Source: Rhizodiscina lignyota (lineage: Eukaryota). Taken from it: a DNA stretch of 64,000 nucleotides. The DNA lies in contig ML978122.1 in the NCBI GenBank assembly GCA_010015805.1, positions 2,886,453 to 2,950,452 on the forward strand, in the 5' to 3' direction. This document shows positions 62,310 to 64,000 of the stretch, piece by piece. How positions within the stretch are numbered: position 1 is the stretch's first letter; the number at the start of each line of letters is the position of its first letter. A program made the translations under genes and the position numbers. The notes beneath the pieces were generated by a model. The model saw only the letters and a program-made list of their open reading frames with translations. It was not told the origin of the DNA and searched no databases.

Positions 62310-62468
62310 CATCATCCAATCCTGAACTTCAACCGAATCTTTTGAATGAGAAGGTGTACTTCTTGTCATTCAAATCCCTGGCCCGTGCATCATCATCAAA
62401 TCCTGAATGTTTAATCGAGCCCCTTGAATGAGAAGTTGTTCTTCTTGCCATTCAAATCTTTCCCGCGA
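62310..62468 (-). repeat. diverged tandem duplication (period ~82 bp) of the JIP5 3' end
   Basis: TTGAATGAGAAG at 62342 and 62424; the downstream copy reads RARDLNDKKYTFSFKRFG* versus the real end [18 protein letters not shown]. Confidence 0.8.
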
Positions 62469-63781
62469 TTTCGTCTCCTCTTCTTCCTCTTTTGCTTCGG
62501 CTTCTCATCCTCGCTGCTATCTTCCTCGTCGTCATCATCATCCTCGCTATCATCGCCCAGGCCCCTCTTGCCCACTCCATTCGTCTCTGCTTCCTCCTCC
62601 TCTTCCTTGTCCACTTCTCCAACTTTCTCGCCCCATACTTTGACCACCTGCCCACCCCCGCTAACCATCCTCCCACCAACATCGAATCCCAATCCCACGA
62701 CACCCTCAATCTCATCATGCGTGCACTCGCCAACCACCTTATTGGGGCCTAATCTCACAAAGCGCACAAGCCCACCACCCATGCCAACTGCAACCGTCTT
62801 TCCCATTGCCATCTCCTCTGGCACCTGCACCATGCAATCCAAGCTCTCTCCTCCCATGCCGCCAACTCCGCGGTCAACGATAATTCTCTCATCTTGGTCG
62901 TCCCACTGCCCCTTCTCCCAAAGCGTGATAATACCATCGCCGCTTCCAATCAGCGCCTTCTGCCCAGTGGAAGTCCCACGCGCACTTAGTCCTGTGACGA
63001 AACAGCTGCTGAGTAACTCCTCCTCTTGGTCCTCGCTCTTAACTAGTACGCCGCGGCGGAGATCTGTGATGGCGATTGTGGTGCCGCCAGTTGAGAGCCA
63101 TTGCTTGGGTAAGCCAGATGTGGATGCGTCGGTGGGTGGAAGTGGGGTTATGGAGGAGATGTAGTCGTCGTGTGGGCGATATGTCGAGTTTGGTTTCGAC
63201 GCGATTGTCGCGGGAGACTTCTTCGATGACGCACGCAAGTCATAGATATGAAGAGCTGATGAATCGGTTGCAAGGAGGAGTGTCTGCGGGGTAAGAGCGT
63301 GGAGGACGACCGGAGAGTCTTCTGAGCCAGACACACTATTCTCGAATTAGCACTGTCGACAATGTGCATCCAGCATGAAATGCCTAGCTCAATTGCACAT
63401 AAGAAATACTTACGGATCACCTGGCACCGCAATCTTTGTCTCCACAACCCCCGACTCGCTCCGCGCGCCTTTCACCAGCCCATCCGTCCCCGCGCTGAAT
63501 ACCAGCTGTCCATCCCAGCTAAACGCAAGACTACGACAGCTTCCCTTATGCCGGCGCGTCTTCCACGCGGTTTCTATCTGCGCGCGGCCATTGGAGGCCT
63601 CCGACGCGTTGGTCGCAGCGCTGGCGACAGACCCGTTGCTGTCGCTCGGAGGTGGGGGAGGGAGCTTGTAGCATTGGACGTGTCCGGAGGAGAGGCCGAC
63701 AGCGAGGATGGGGTCGGAGGGGTGGAGGGAGAGAGCGAAGAGGTCGGAGGAGAGAGGGAGGGTGCACAGCGTGTCCAACAT
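62411..63781 (-). CDS. JIP5: WD-repeat protein Jip5 (WDR55-like)
   Basis: [57 protein letters not shown], acidic/basic C-terminal tail; one intron (~63412-63336). Confidence 0.92.
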
Positions 63782-64000
63782 TGGAGAGAGTTGAGGGAGA
63801 GAGAGGTGGAGAGTTGCTCGAGTAGAGAAAAGTTTTTGTGGGGAGCAGTAAACTATATTCCACATGAAGTTAGTGTTGTCTGGGACTTGGTGTGGCGCAT
63901 TTAGCGTGCCAAGCAATATAGAAGACGTTTTAAGGAGGGGCTTAGTGGCACGTCGCCCAAAAATTCCGACGCGGCATGGACACGCCAAATTTCTAAGTTC

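Noticed and set aside
62424..63164. 246-aa Ser/Pro-rich + strand ORF
   Set aside because: Antisense shadow of JIP5.

Overview
Eukaryotic DNA from a filamentous ascomycete (Pezizomycotina-like), with short GT-AG introns and CTRAC branch points; no rRNA, tRNA or CRISPR features were recognised. Housekeeping genes (Pom1-like DYRK kinase, Pex29-like peroxin, Cox24/mS38, coatomer epsilon, CSC1/OSCA channel, Jip5) are interleaved with accessory enzymes (FAD oxidoreductase and SAM methyltransferase head-to-head, two P450s, SDR, GFA protein, sulfotransferase-like protein, GMC oxidoreductase, GT4, O-methyltransferase, GH76), small orphan genes and decayed relics. Main observations: (1) an apparent ~8-kb inversion (~37393-45432) splits one ankyrin/Cys-motif gene into a + strand N-half and a - strand C-half that rejoin in frame across a GGG microhomology; (2) a divergent COG2907/UfaD-like flavoprotein plus methyltransferase pair, a candidate lipid-modification module, with a degenerate MITE-like element in the shared promoter; (3) two different tandem pairs of highly diverged orphan paralogs; (4) several gene fragments and local duplications. 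All family calls come from motif recognition by eye, not database searches.
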